Of a DNA stretch of 64,000 nt, positions 9,387 through 19,664 are shown piece after piece. How positions within the stretch are numbered: the first letter of the stretch is position 1; every line of letters begins with the position of its first letter. Position numbers and translations under genes: made by a program. Under the pieces are notes generated by a model. The model made no database searches. It saw nothing but the letters and a program-made list of their open reading frames with translations, and was not told where the DNA came from. Origin of the DNA: Bacteroidales bacterium (GTDB lineage: Bacteria; Bacteroidota; Bacteroidia; Bacteroidales; UBA932); contig JAEEIJ010000073.1 of NCBI GenBank assembly GCA_016281315.1, positions 8,651 to 72,650 of the forward strand, in the 5' to 3' direction.

Positions 9387-11252
9387 TTACTGGTCCAGTC
9401 CGTCATCCCACCCGGGATTCTGGGTAAGGGCATAGCCGGTGGCGGTACGCTGGTCGGCCGGGATGGGCCAGAGATAGTCGCGCCCCGGATTCCAGCTGTA
9501 TTCTTCGGCCGCCCAGTAGGTGAGGTGCCCGTAGGTGCCCTCAGAAAGGGTGAAGTTGCTGCCCAGCTGAATCTGGTTGGATGCGGGGGCTGTTGTAGTT
9601 CCCTTTGTCCCGCTGTAAACATACAGGTCCGCTTTCCCGTCCTTGTCCAGGTCGATGTCCGTGCCGATTTCCGCGGCGGTCAGGTAGATGCCCTGGAATC
9701 CGCCCGTTGCCTTGGGCGTGAGCAGATCCCCTTCACCCCAGCGGAGCAGGTCCCACTGGCGGAAACCTTCGCAGAAGAGTTCTACGGTGCGCTCACGGCG
9801 CACTTCCAGGATGGCGGCCTTCTGGCTGCCCTGGGCATGCGGATAGTACTGAGCCATGAGGACGTCCGGCGTGGTGGGAACGGCGTCCAGTCCGTTCATG
9901 CCCACGCGTTTGCGGATGACATTGATGGTATTCTTCAGGTCATCGGCGGTAAGTTCTCCCAGTTCCGCCCGGGCTTCCGCGTAGTTCAACAGCACTTCTG
10001 CATAACGGATAACCGGGAAGTCGGAGGTGGAAGTGGTAGCAGTCTCGTGGTCCGTGGTGGAAATGTACTTGATGACGCGGTAGCCGTTGAAGTTGCGCTC
10101 CCAGGAAAGCTGTTCCTTGGGGTGGGCATTGGCGGCATCGACATCGGCCATCACGAAAGAGGGACCGTGCAGCGTCTGGGCCATGCGGGGATCCCGGTTG
10201 CGGAAGGACTCATAATAGCCGAGGGTTTCCCAGCCTGTCCTTTCCTGGATGGGTTTTCCGTCTTTCTGAAGATAATGGTTGACAAAACGGATGGAGGCGC
10301 TGCGCTTTTGGTTCTTATAGTCGAACTGGATGCCGTGACGCACCTTCAGGTCCACGTTGTAGCGGCGGGAGAGGATGGTCTCGTTGGATTCCGCATTTTC
10401 CAGGATGAAATACTCCCGGTAAGAGGCGTCGGTATCCTTGGTGGCGAGTTTCAGCTCGTTCCCCGTGTAGAGTTCGCGCGTACCAACAATCTGGGCGGCG
10501 GCATCGCGGGCCTGCTGCAGGAACCAGGTGGAGGAAACGGTAACTGACTCTCCGTCCACGGTGAAGGTTTGCTCGTCCTGGGGGACGTAGTCCGTCCCTG
10601 CGTGGTATTTGCGGAAGGTTCCCTCAAACAGGGCCACGCGGGATTTCAGGGCCAGGGCGGCGTCCTTGGACACATGATAGACAGGATCTGACGCCCATTT
10701 TGCCGGAAGCAGTTCATAGGCTTTGTCCAGGTCCCTCAGAACCATCAGCATCACATAACCGCGGGGGTCACGGGGTTTATTCAGGTCCTCCTTGTCGGTG
10801 GAGCCGATGGTGTGGTCGTACCAGGGAATGTCCCCGTACTGACGTACCTTATAATAGTAGAACAGGGCGCGGAAGAAATAGGCCACGCCGTCGTACTCCT
10901 CTTTTACCTTGGGATCCTGGCACTTGTTGTTCTCCAGCAGGTAGTTGATATGCCGGAGCGGTTTCCAGGTGTTCACGTCCCAGCTCTTGGAAGTGGCGTT
11001 CCGCGTGCCGCGCTGGATGGCGCTGAGTGAGCTCCCGGAACAGTTGTCGTCTGCGTTCTGCTCTGCCAGATCCGCAGCTCCGGGGATGAGGTCATTATAG
11101 AACTTGTTGGCCCACAGGTCCAGTTCTGCCTTCGTGGAGAGGAAGGTGGCGGGAGAGAACGAAGTCTCCGGGCTTTTGGTGAGGAAATCCCGGCAGGAAG
11201 ACAGCGAAAGGGCGGCTGTCAGTATCGCAAATGGTATGATAATCTTTTTCAT
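9387..11252 (-). CDS. susD: SusD/RagB family outer-membrane glycan-binding lipoprotein
   Basis: Lipobox LSSC-RDFL; FFRALFYY..VRQYGDIPW, RYAEVLLNYAEA, ERTVEL.CEG.R.WDL.RW, QNPGW C-terminus. Confidence 0.95.
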   Translation of the reverse strand: MKKIIIPFAILTAALSLSSCRDFLTKSPETSFSPATFLSTKAELDLWANKFYNDLIPGAADLAEQNADDNCSGSSLSAIQRGTRNATSKSWDVNTWKPLRHINYLLENNKCQDPKVKEEYDGVAYFFRALFYYYKVRQYGDIPWYDHTIGSTDKEDLNKPRDPRGYVMLMVLRDLDKAYELLPAKWASDPVYHVSKDAALALKSRVALFEGTFRKYHAGTDYVPQDEQTFTVDGESVTVSSTWFLQQARDAAAQIVGTRELYTGNELKLATKDTDASYREYFILENAESNETILSRRYNVDLKVRHGIQFDYKNQKRSASIRFVNHYLQKDGKPIQERTGWETLGYYESFRNRDPRMAQTLHGPSFVMADVDAANAHPKEQLSWERNFNGYRVIKYISTTDHETATTSTSDFPVIRYAEVLLNYAEARAELGELTADDLKNTINVIRKRVGMNGLDAVPTTPDVLMAQYYPHAQGSQKAAILEVRRERTVELFCEGFRQWDLLRWGEGDLLTPKATGGFQGIYLTAAEIGTDIDLDKDGKADLYVYSGTKGTTTAPASNQIQLGSNFTLSEGTYGHLTYWAAEEYSWNPGRDYLWPIPADQRTATGYALTQNPGWDDGLDQ

Positions 11253-11257
11253 GGCGG

Positions 11258-14200
11258 CTAGAATGTAATGTCAACACCCAGGGAGAAGGTCTTGGAATAG
11301 GGATAGGTGATGTCGTCGGAGACGGAGGTGGTGGCCACTTCCGGGTCGATGTACCTGGTGGCCTTCTTCAGCGGGGAAAGGTAGAAGAGGTTCTCTCCGG
11401 TGAAATAGATGCGGGCTTTTTCGATGACCTTGCCTTTCAGGGGCAGCGTGTAGCCGACGGTGAGGTTCTTCAGTCTCAGGTAGGCTGCGCTCTGCAGGTA
11501 GTAGTCCGACGTGACCAGGTTGGTCTTGTTGGAGATGAGGCCTCTCTGGCGCGGGTAGATGGCATGACTGTTGTCTGCGCCTTCAGTCCAGCATTTCTGG
11601 GCAAAGTCCGTGGGGATGAAGGTGGGACGCTGATAGGCGTAGGGACCCCAGAAATAACTGCAGTTCCCGTTGGGCATCCAGTCCATCTTGCCCACGCCCT
11701 GGAAGAAGATGCTCAGGTCGAAGCCGTTCCAGGAGAAGTCGCCCTTGAGGGCATAGTTGAAGCGGGGACGGGAATTGCCGATGACCTCCCGGTCTCCGGG
11801 ACTGTCCAGCGTATTGGCGCCCGTATTGATTTTTTTGTCTCCGTTGAGGTCCAGGTAGATGATGTCGCCTTCCCGCAGGTGTTGGTGGCCCGCAGCCTGG
11901 CCCTTGATGCCCTTGTTGACGGTGTTGAAGGAGTCATACTCCGCTTCCCAGGCTGCCGCCTCGTCATCGCTGGCAAAGAGGCCGGCCGTGCGGTAGCCCC
12001 AAATGTCGCCCAGGCGTTTCCCTACGAAATTGTCGCTGAGCAAATTCTCCGGATTGTTGAAGCGGGTGATATGCGTGACAAAGTCGCCCAGCGTAGCGGT
12101 TACACCGTAGTAGAGGGGCTTTCCGCCCATGGAAACATGGTCTTTCCAGCTGAGGGACAGTTCGAAGCCCTTGGTGCGCAGGTCCGCTGCGTTCTCTTCC
12201 GGGGCAAGCGCGCCATAGACATACGGGAGGGACATGCCCTTGGTGAGCATGTTCTTTGTGTCGCGGATGAAGAAGTCGGCGTTCAGGATGAGGCGGTCCC
12301 GCAGGAAGCCCAGGTCTATACCCAGGTTCTTGGAAACCACCGTTTCCCAGGTCAGGTCCGGGGATTTGGTGGGCGACTTGGGCGAGTCATCGGTACCGTC
12401 GTCCAATTTGGCATAGCCGGCAAGGTTTTCCGCGTCGAAGGTGTAACCGCTCAGCTGCCCGCTCACGATGGATTCCCAGTAGATATAGTTGTCCACCTGC
12501 TGGTTGCCCAGGGTGCCGTAACTGACGCGCAGCTTGGCGCTGGACACAACGGGCTTGATGGGGGCCCAGAAGCTTTCCTCCGAGATGCGCCAGCCGGCCG
12601 ATGCGCTGGGGAAGAACCCCCAGCGGCGATTCACCGGGAAGCGGGACGACCCGTCCGCGCGGCCGGAGATCTCCAGGAGGTAGCGGCCCTTCCAGTCATA
12701 GTTCACGCGTCCGAAGAAGCCCAGCGTGCGGTAGGACGAGTTGGACTGGGATGCTTTCTCGATTTCACCGTTGGCCATGTTGATAAAGGACAGGGCGTCG
12801 CTCAGGGATCCTTTTTGCTGGACGGTGAGGGAGGTGGAATAGTAGTCGTCGAAGTTGCCGCCCAAGGTAGCCGACACATGGTGGTCGCCGAAGGTGTTGT
12901 CATAGGCGAAATAGGCGTTGACGGTGTTGGCATCCCGCAGGTAGCGGTATTCACGGGTGAAATCATACACCGAACCGTTCGAGAAGAGACCGCCGGTGAG
13001 GCCGTTGCCCTGGTACATGCGCTTGTTCACGTTGTCGTAGCTGTTGGCTGTGGGCAGGCTGCGGAAATTCCGCCGGATGTCGTGGCGGCGGTAGGTGTAG
13101 TCGGCGATAAACTTGAGGCCCTTGGTGATGTCTATCGTGAAGCGGTTGGTCCAGCTCCAGTAGTTGCTCAGGTTCATATTGTGGTTTTTGCCGTCCATGA
13201 ACACGCCGCCACGCCCGCTCATGATGGGGGAAGTGGCTCCGGTCATGAAGCCGGGAACCATGGCGATGGTGCCGTCCGGGTTGAAGGGGACATAGTTGGG
13301 ACCCACATTCTGGGTGATGTTCCACATGATGCCCTGGGAAACATAGCCGGTGCTGCCGTCCATTTCCCAGAAACCGCCCCACTGATAGTCCGTGCGCTCC
13401 AGGCTCATGTTGGAAGAATAGCTGAGCCAGGGGCGCAGCCTGGCATCCACCTTTCCGCGCAGGGAGATACTGTTAAAGGTGTCCTGGGCATTTCCGGCGA
13501 AGAGGCCGTTGCGGTGCAGGTAGCGGGCCGATGCATAGTACTTGGCTTTGCTGGTGCCGCCGCGAACGGTTATGTTATGCTCGGTTTCCGGGCGCACCTT
13601 ATTGAACAGGTAGCTGTACCAGTCGAAGTTGCCCAGATAGACATAGGTGTAGGTGCCTGTCTGGTCCGGAATCACCCACGGACGTTCCGGATTCTCCGTT
13701 ACGTCGTAGCGGCGGTCCTTGAGCATCTGGATCTGTTCGTCGGAGTAGGTCCAGGCCGGAAGGCCTTTGGCCGTCTTGTAGAATTCGTTGGTGAGGGTGA
13801 CATAGTCGTAGCCTGTGGTGATGAAGTCCGTGCTGGTGGTATTGGTGGAGAGGGAGAACCGGCCGTTATAGTTAATCTTGGCGTCCCCTTCCATACCGCT
13901 CTTGGTGGTGATGAGGATGACGCCCGCACTGGCCTTTGCACCGTAGATGGCGCAGGCCGATGCATCCTTGAGCACGGAGATGCTCTCGATGTCATTGGGG
14001 TTCACCTGGGTGAGGGAACCTTCCACGCCGTCCACCAGGACGAAGGGAGATCCGGAATTGAGGGAAACCTTGCCGCGGATGTTCACGCTGTACTGGCTGC
14101 CGTCGATGGATCCGCTGGAAGTGGTGAGAACCAGGGAAGGATCTGCGCCCTGGATGGCCATGGCGGTGTTGGCGACGGGACGGGCGTTGAGTTCCTTGCC

Positions 14201-14830
14201 GTCAATCACGGATACGGCGCCGGTGAGGTTCACCCTTTTCTGGGTGCCGTAACCCACTACCACAAGCTCTTCCAGGACGTTGTTGTCGTCCGAGAGGACA
14301 ATCCGGTAGGGCTGGCTTTCACGGCCGCTCAGCTGGACCTCCGTATCGTTGTATCCCAGGTAGGAAACCGTGAGGGTGGCGGGGTAGCTGAGGCCGTTCA
14401 GGGAGAAGGCGCCGCCGTCATCGGTGATGGCGTATTTTCCGCTGGCTTTTTCAATGAGGGAGGCGCCTATGAGGGGCTCTCCGTTCTGGTCGGTTACGAT
14501 GCCTCTGAAGGCCTGTTTCGCCGAGGGCTGCTGAGCCTGGACCTTGTGCTTGGTCACGGAAACGGAATTCCCGTCAATGGAAAAATCCAAATTCTGCCCG
14601 GCGAAGATCTGGGCGAGCACTTCCGAAAGCGGAGCGTCCTTGGCCGAGACCGAGATGCGCTTCTGCAGGTTTACCTCGTCCGAGTTGATGACGATGGTGT
14701 AGTTTCCCTGCGACTGAAGCTGGGTGACCGCTTCCTGCACCGTGACGCCGCGAAGATCCAGCGTCACGTTCTGGGCAAGCGCCCCCAGAGAGAGCAACAG
14801 TGCCAGGGAGATAGACAGTACTTTTCTCAT
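11258..14830 (-). CDS. susC: SusC/RagA TonB-dependent transporter with N-terminal STN signalling extension
   Basis: VVVGYGTQKRVNLTGAV, DIESISVLKDASACAIYG, GFFPSASAGW, YLRLKNLTVGY, C-terminal F; extra N-terminal domain consistent with FecR coupling. Confidence 0.95.
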   Translation of the reverse strand: MRKVLSISLALLLSLGALAQNVTLDLRGVTVQEAVTQLQSQGNYTIVINSDEVNLQKRISVSAKDAPLSEVLAQIFAGQNLDFSIDGNSVSVTKHKVQAQQPSAKQAFRGIVTDQNGEPLIGASLIEKASGKYAITDDGGAFSLNGLSYPATLTVSYLGYNDTEVQLSGRESQPYRIVLSDDNNVLEELVVVGYGTQKRVNLTGAVSVIDGKELNARPVANTAMAIQGADPSLVLTTSSGSIDGSQYSVNIRGKVSLNSGSPFVLVDGVEGSLTQVNPNDIESISVLKDASACAIYGAKASAGVILITTKSGMEGDAKINYNGRFSLSTNTTSTDFITTGYDYVTLTNEFYKTAKGLPAWTYSDEQIQMLKDRRYDVTENPERPWVIPDQTGTYTYVYLGNFDWYSYLFNKVRPETEHNITVRGGTSKAKYYASARYLHRNGLFAGNAQDTFNSISLRGKVDARLRPWLSYSSNMSLERTDYQWGGFWEMDGSTGYVSQGIMWNITQNVGPNYVPFNPDGTIAMVPGFMTGATSPIMSGRGGVFMDGKNHNMNLSNYWSWTNRFTIDITKGLKFIADYTYRRHDIRRNFRSLPTANSYDNVNKRMYQGNGLTGGLFSNGSVYDFTREYRYLRDANTVNAYFAYDNTFGDHHVSATLGGNFDDYYSTSLTVQQKGSLSDALSFINMANGEIEKASQSNSSYRTLGFFGRVNYDWKGRYLLEISGRADGSSRFPVNRRWGFFPSASAGWRISEESFWAPIKPVVSSAKLRVSYGTLGNQQVDNYIYWESIVSGQLSGYTFDAENLAGYAKLDDGTDDSPKSPTKSPDLTWETVVSKNLGIDLGFLRDRLILNADFFIRDTKNMLTKGMSLPYVYGALAPEENAADLRTKGFELSLSWKDHVSMGGKPLYYGVTATLGDFVTHITRFNNPENLLSDNFVGKRLGDIWGYRTAGLFASDDEAAAWEAEYDSFNTVNKGIKGQAAGHQHLREGDIIYLDLNGDKKINTGANTLDSPGDREVIGNSRPRFNYALKGDFSWNGFDLSIFFQGVGKMDWMPNGNCSYFWGPYAYQRPTFIPTDFAQKCWTEGADNSHAIYPRQRGLISNKTNLVTSDYYLQSAAYLRLKNLTVGYTLPLKGKVIEKARIYFTGENLFYLSPLKKATRYIDPEVATTSVSDDITYPYSKTFSLGVDITF

Positions 14831-14853
14831 ATTGGTTAAGAGTTTAATGATGA

Positions 14854-15837
14854 TTACTTCTTGTATATATAGGTTGTGTCTCCGCGGCGGACGGTCCGGA
14901 GGCCGCCGTTGCGCGAAAGGAGTTGAAGGATTTCGTCCAGGTTTTCGCCGTTGGTGAAGAAAGCCAGGAAACGCTGGGTGGCCACACGGTCATCGGCTAC
15001 TACGATTCTTTTGCCGAAGGAGCGCTCCAGGTCTGCCGCGATGTCCAGCAGGGGAGTGTTTATGAAACTGAAGGATCCTTCGTCGGAGAAATTCCGGTAA
15101 CTCTCCGGGGGAATCTTCCCCACGGAAAGTTCTCCGGCTTTTTTGTCGTACTGCGCGAGGTCTCCGGGCGTGAGCCGCACTTCGCGCTTTCCTTTTTCGG
15201 CGGGGATGTCCAGGCCGACGGAGCCTTCGCGCAGCATCACTTCCAGCATCTGGGCGTTTCTGTAGGCTTTAAGGTCGAAGGTGGTCCCGTAGACGCGGAT
15301 ATCGGCCTGCCCGGAATGGATGATAAAGGGATGCTCGCTATCCTTGGCGACCACGGCCAGCACTTCACCGTCCAGGAAGATTTCCCGGGTGGGGCCCGTG
15401 AAGCGGTCCGGCCACGTTACGCGTGAACCGGCGTTGAGGGCAAGCTGCGTGCCGTCCGGGAGGGTGATGCTGCGGGTCTGCGCCACGGGGACGACGCATT
15501 CCTGCCATACGATGGGGGCGGGCTCCTGATGCCGCTGCCAGCCGGCCTGGAAGGCGACGGGGATCGCGATCAGGAAGGCGAGGGTTGCGGCGGCCGCCCA
15601 AAGGACGGCGCGACGATAGGGATGATGGTTCAGGTTCAGACGCCGCCGTGTGGTGCCAAGCGACTGTTCGGTGCGGTTGTCGGCTTCCGAGCGGCAGCTC
15701 TCGAAGCGCAGTTCCAGCAGGGCCGCGACCTCCGGATCATCCATATGCTCCGCGAGGTAGAGTTGCACTTCCAGGGCCTGCTCCTCTCCGAGTTTTCCGC
15801 TCAGATAATCTTGAATGAGTTGTAAGTTCGTGTTCAT
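14854..15837 (-). CDS. FecR-family anti-sigma factor
   Basis: Single TM helix; ITLPDGT.L.LNAGS, REIFLDGE, VYGTTF motifs. Confidence 0.92.
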   Translation of the reverse strand: MNTNLQLIQDYLSGKLGEEQALEVQLYLAEHMDDPEVAALLELRFESCRSEADNRTEQSLGTTRRRLNLNHHPYRRAVLWAAAATLAFLIAIPVAFQAGWQRHQEPAPIVWQECVVPVAQTRSITLPDGTQLALNAGSRVTWPDRFTGPTREIFLDGEVLAVVAKDSEHPFIIHSGQADIRVYGTTFDLKAYRNAQMLEVMLREGSVGLDIPAEKGKREVRLTPGDLAQYDKKAGELSVGKIPPESYRNFSDEGSFSFINTPLLDIAADLERSFGKRIVVADDRVATQRFLAFFTNGENLDEILQLLSRNGGLRTVRRGDTTYIYKK

Positions 15838-15892
15838 TCTTTACGGGTTCTACCCATAAAGAACGATTGAAGAAGCATTACTGCGTAATGAA

Positions 15893-16447
15893 TTAATTCA
15901 AATGTTTCCGGATATCCTGCAGGGCCAGCTGGATGTGCTTCTCCACGGTGCGGACGGAAAGATTCAGTTCCCGGGCGATTTCCTCGTGGGATAGCTGCTG
16001 GAAACGGCTCATCTGGAAAATCTGGCGGCGCTGGGGCGGCATATCGTTGACCAGTTTCCGGATAAGAGAGTTGGCTTCCGAGTACTCGGCCTTGAATTCG
16101 GCCATTTCCTGTGAGGGACGCTCCGGGGCGGTGGCGGTATCCGCCATCACCAGGTGCCGCTTGGATTTAAAGACGTCCAGGGCGGCGTTCCGGGCCAGGA
16201 CAAAGAGGTAGTTCTTGAGGGACTTGGAAGGGTCCAGCCGGTCGCGGTACAGCCACACTTTCATAAACACGCCCTGGGCCAGGTCCTCCGCCTGCTCCGG
16301 GTTTTTCACCAGCAGGGTAAGGAATTTGGCCACCTGGGGATACCAGCGCAGGAAGAGGGCGTTGAAGGCGCGGTCGTCCCCATCGCGTACGGCCGCGGTG
16401 AGTTCGCCGTCGGACATCTTCCGGTATTGATCGGCCTGTCCCTTCAT
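15893..16447 (-). CDS. ECF RNA polymerase sigma-70 factor (Bacteroides-type)
   Basis: AEDLAQ.VF.KVW, RRQIF.MSR, SVRTVEKHI motifs; adjacent to FecR. Confidence 0.93.
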   Translation of the reverse strand: MKGQADQYRKMSDGELTAAVRDGDDRAFNALFLRWYPQVAKFLTLLVKNPEQAEDLAQGVFMKVWLYRDRLDPSKSLKNYLFVLARNAALDVFKSKRHLVMADTATAPERPSQEMAEFKAEYSEANSLIRKLVNDMPPQRRQIFQMSRFQQLSHEEIARELNLSVRTVEKHIQLALQDIRKHLN

Positions 16448-16450
16448 CCT

Positions 16451-17863
16451 TTATTTCAACAGTTCGTGGCTGGAAGTCATCGCCCTCGGGTCCAGGGCTT
16501 CGTCCAGTTTGTCCTTGGTCATCAGGCCTTTCTCCAGCACCAGGTCGTAGACGCTGCGGCCGGTCTCCAGGGCCTCTTTGGCCACCTTGGTGGAGGCTTT
16601 GTAGCCGATGTAAGGGTTCAGGGCGGTGACGATGCCAATCGAGTGCTTGACCATCTCGTAGCAGTGGTCGGCGTTCACGGTGATGCCCTCGATGCACTTC
16701 TCGCGGAGGGTGTGCATCACGTTCGTGAGCCAGGTCTGGCTTTCCAGGATGCTCTGGGCGATGACGGGTTCCATCACGTTCAGCTGCAGCTGGCCGGCCT
16801 CGGCGGCGAAAGCCACGCAGGTATCGTTGCCGATGACCTTGAAGCACACCTGGTTGGTCACCTCTGGGATGACGGGGTTCACCTTGCCGGGCATAATGGA
16901 GGAGCCGGGCGCCATCGGGGGCAGGTTGATCTCGTGCAGGCCGCAGCGGGGACCGGAAGCCATCAGGCGCAGGTCGTTGCAGATCTTGGAGAGTTTCACG
17001 GCCAGGCGTTTGAGGGCGGCCGAATAGCTTACGTAGGCGCCGGTGTCGGGCGTGGCTTCCACCAGGTCCGGGGCCTTTTCAAAGCTGTCCCCGGTGAATT
17101 CGCTCAGGCGTTTGGTGCAGAGCTCCGCAAAGCCGGGAACGGCGTTCAGGCCCGTGCCGATGGCCGTTCCGCCCATATTGATTTCCTTGAGCAGCACGAC
17201 GTTCCGCTGAAGGTTCGCGATTTCCTCCTCCAGGTTGTTGGCGAAGGCGTTGAACTCCTGGCCGGAAGTCATCGGGACGGCATCCTGCAGCTGGGTGCGG
17301 CCCATCTTGATGATGTCCTTGAATTCTTCACCCTTGGCCCGGAAAGCGGCGATGAGCTGCTTCAGGGCTTCTTCCAGATGGCGGTTCATCCGCACGAACG
17401 TATAGCGGAAAGCCGTAGGGTAGGCGTCGTTGGTGCTCTGGGCGCAGTTCACGTGGTCGTTGGGCGAGCAGTACTGGTATTCGCCCTTCTTGTGGCCCAT
17501 CAGTTCCAGGGCGCGGTTGGCGATGACCTCGTTGGCGTTCATATTCACCGACGTGCCGGCGCCGCCCTGCATCATATCCACCGGGAACTGGTCCCACAGG
17601 GCGCCGTCCACGATCTCCTTGCAGGCCGCCACGATGGCGTCGGCAATCTTTTTGTCCAGCACGCCCAGCTCGCCGTTGGCCTGAGCCGCCGCCATTTTCA
17701 CATAGGCGATGGCCTTGATGTACTCCGGATAGTCGTACATATGCGTGGTGGAAATCTTGTAATTGTTGATGGCGCGCTGCGTCTGGACGCCGTAGTAGGC
17801 GCCGGCGGGTACCTGAAGTTCTCCCAGGAGGTCGCTCTCTACCCTGAATTCGGTTTCAGCCAT
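16451..17863 (-). CDS. aspA: Aspartate ammonia-lyase
   Basis: [15 protein letters not shown] signature, [22 protein letters not shown]. Confidence 0.93.
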   Translation of the reverse strand: MAETEFRVESDLLGELQVPAGAYYGVQTQRAINNYKISTTHMYDYPEYIKAIAYVKMAAAQANGELGVLDKKIADAIVAACKEIVDGALWDQFPVDMMQGGAGTSVNMNANEVIANRALELMGHKKGEYQYCSPNDHVNCAQSTNDAYPTAFRYTFVRMNRHLEEALKQLIAAFRAKGEEFKDIIKMGRTQLQDAVPMTSGQEFNAFANNLEEEIANLQRNVVLLKEINMGGTAIGTGLNAVPGFAELCTKRLSEFTGDSFEKAPDLVEATPDTGAYVSYSAALKRLAVKLSKICNDLRLMASGPRCGLHEINLPPMAPGSSIMPGKVNPVIPEVTNQVCFKVIGNDTCVAFAAEAGQLQLNVMEPVIAQSILESQTWLTNVMHTLREKCIEGITVNADHCYEMVKHSIGIVTALNPYIGYKASTKVAKEALETGRSVYDLVLEKGLMTKDKLDEALDPRAMTSSHELLK

Positions 17864-17876
17864 AGTGTTAAAAATT

Positions 17877-17950
17877 TGGTTGAACTGCAGCGATTCGAAC
17901 GCTGACTGAGGGAACCAAAATCCCTAGTGCTACCATTACACCACAGTTCA
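17877..17950 (-). tRNA. tRNA-Gln (TTG), CCA encoded
   Basis: Reverse complement TGAACTG...GGGA-TTTTGGT-TCCC...GTTCGAATC...CAGTTCA-A-CCA folds as a cloverleaf. Confidence 0.95.
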
Positions 17951-17961
17951 ATGCCGGGTTG

Positions 17962-17969
17962 CAAAGATA
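17962..17969 (-). promoter_or_regulatory. Bacteroidetes housekeeping promoter -7 element (TATCTTTG) for tRNA-Gln
   Basis: Matches TAnnTTTG consensus, 11 nt upstream of the tRNA. Confidence 0.75.
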
Positions 17970-17982
17970 CAAAAAAATCCGA

Positions 17983-18210
17983 TTAAAACAGCGTGGGGTG
18001 ATTCTCTTCCAGTTCCGTGAGGATTTTGTTCATAATGGCTTCGCGGAAGAGGACGCTCTTGGCGTGTACCTTGAAGCGGGAACAATACTCGTCGATGGCG
18101 GCCATCTCGCTGTCGTTGAAATACAGTACGTGGCGGTTCTTGCGAAGGAGCATCGCGCGCTGCTTTTCCAGGTAGGCGGGATCTACGCCGGGAATGCGGT
18201 TCTTTCTCAT
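17983..18210 (-). CDS. Small hypothetical protein, possible ribbon-helix-helix
   Basis: 75-aa ORF with ATGA overlap to the upstream gene; strand-helix-helix-like pattern; ends HPTLF. Confidence 0.65.
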   Translation of the reverse strand: MRKNRIPGVDPAYLEKQRAMLLRKNRHVLYFNDSEMAAIDEYCSRFKVHAKSVLFREAIMNKILTELEENHPTLF

Positions 18211-19664
18211 AACACTACGTAGCGGTGCTGAATCACACCCTTTTTATCCACTTCCAGCACGAAAGGCATCCCGGAGAGGTCGAAGGTGTCCAGCAGCTGT
18301 TTTCCCAGTTCGGGATGGTCGATCAGAATCTGGTCCATATCAAACAGAAGCACTTTCACGCGGCGGTTTTTCGCTATCCGTTCGTCCACGGACGCGAGCG
18401 TTTCCTCGCACAGGGAACATCCGCGGGTGTAGAATACGATGTAGCCGGGCCGGCCTTTCAGCTTGGGAAGTACAAAAGTGCCTTCTTTGGTGGGTTTCCT
18501 GAACAGACAACCCTTCCGCCGCAGCGTTCCCGGTACTTCCATATCCGGTACTACGGAGCCCACGGGCGTCCGGGAGGTCAGCTCCGACATCATTTCGCCC
18601 AGGGACACCACCTGCGCCTTGTCATCGGCCCCCGTCCAGACGTCCGGGAGGCCGTTGATATACTTCTGGACGAAGGGCACCACGGCGTCGTGATAGACTT
18701 CCTCCCGCTGGTTGGAGAGGTAATAGAGCAGATCTCCGGTCACCTGCTTGAAGGAATCCACGTCGCCTTCGCCGAAGGTTCGTTCCGCCAGATAATCGGC
18801 CACCTGGAGGATGTGCTTTACGGAAAGCGTGTCTCCGTAGGCGCTGAAAAGCTGCCCGTAGCGGGCCAGCTGGCCGCTTTCGCCATAGACCTTGGAGTCG
18901 GCCGAATAGGCCTGGCTCAGCAGGATCCTGAGGGCCGGCGTATCCAGCCCGCGGCCCAGGATCTTGCCGTCCGGGCTCACGAGGAACATCGCCGGGGTCT
19001 TGAGCACGCCGTACTTCTGCTGCCAGTCGCCCTTCATTTCGGGGTCCCACAGATGGACGGTCCCTTCCGGCAGCGAGGCGCGGTACTGCTCCCAGGCGGA
19101 GGCATCGGCCCCCACATAGACGGCGAAGAGCTGCAGGTCATACTGCCCGTCGGCGATGAGCTCCGTCAGGCGGGCCGATTCCAGCTTGCAGCTGCTGCAC
19201 CCGGTGTCGTAGAAATAAAGGACGCTGTTGCGGCCGGGGTCGGGAAGGGTCACCTCCGAGCCGTCGGGGGCGGTGAGGGTGGCCTTCGGAGCCGCGGCGC
19301 CGATGAGCGACGAGCGGTTGAAATCGGCAAAGACCTTCACGTTCACCAGGTCTTCGTCGTTGGGCATAGGCACCTTGCCGGAGAGCAGCCATTTGTCGGC
19401 CACGTGCACCGCTACGGCGTCGTCGCCCATAATGTGCGACTTGAGGTAGTGGTCGTAGATCTTGAGGGTGACGTACTGCCGCACCAGGGAATCCCGGCAG
19501 GACTCGATGAGGAAGTCGCATTCCGCGCTCTGCACAGAGGGATTTTCCCCGGCGAGGGCGGTGAAGTATTCCTCCAGCTTGGCGCCCAGTTCAGGATAGG
19601 GCTGCTGGGCCTTCAGTCCCAGCGAAAAAACGCAGAGCAGCGCCGCGAGCAGATACTTTTTCAT
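18207..19664 (-). CDS. Secreted protein with two thioredoxin-like (CxxC) domains
   Basis: Signal peptide; FYDTGCSSC and FYTRGCSLC motifs. Confidence 0.75.
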   Translation of the reverse strand: MKKYLLAALLCVFSLGLKAQQPYPELGAKLEEYFTALAGENPSVQSAECDFLIESCRDSLVRQYVTLKIYDHYLKSHIMGDDAVAVHVADKWLLSGKVPMPNDEDLVNVKVFADFNRSSLIGAAAPKATLTAPDGSEVTLPDPGRNSVLYFYDTGCSSCKLESARLTELIADGQYDLQLFAVYVGADASAWEQYRASLPEGTVHLWDPEMKGDWQQKYGVLKTPAMFLVSPDGKILGRGLDTPALRILLSQAYSADSKVYGESGQLARYGQLFSAYGDTLSVKHILQVADYLAERTFGEGDVDSFKQVTGDLLYYLSNQREEVYHDAVVPFVQKYINGLPDVWTGADDKAQVVSLGEMMSELTSRTPVGSVVPDMEVPGTLRRKGCLFRKPTKEGTFVLPKLKGRPGYIVFYTRGCSLCEETLASVDERIAKNRRVKVLLFDMDQILIDHPELGKQLLDTFDLSGMPFVLEVDKKGVIQHRYVVL

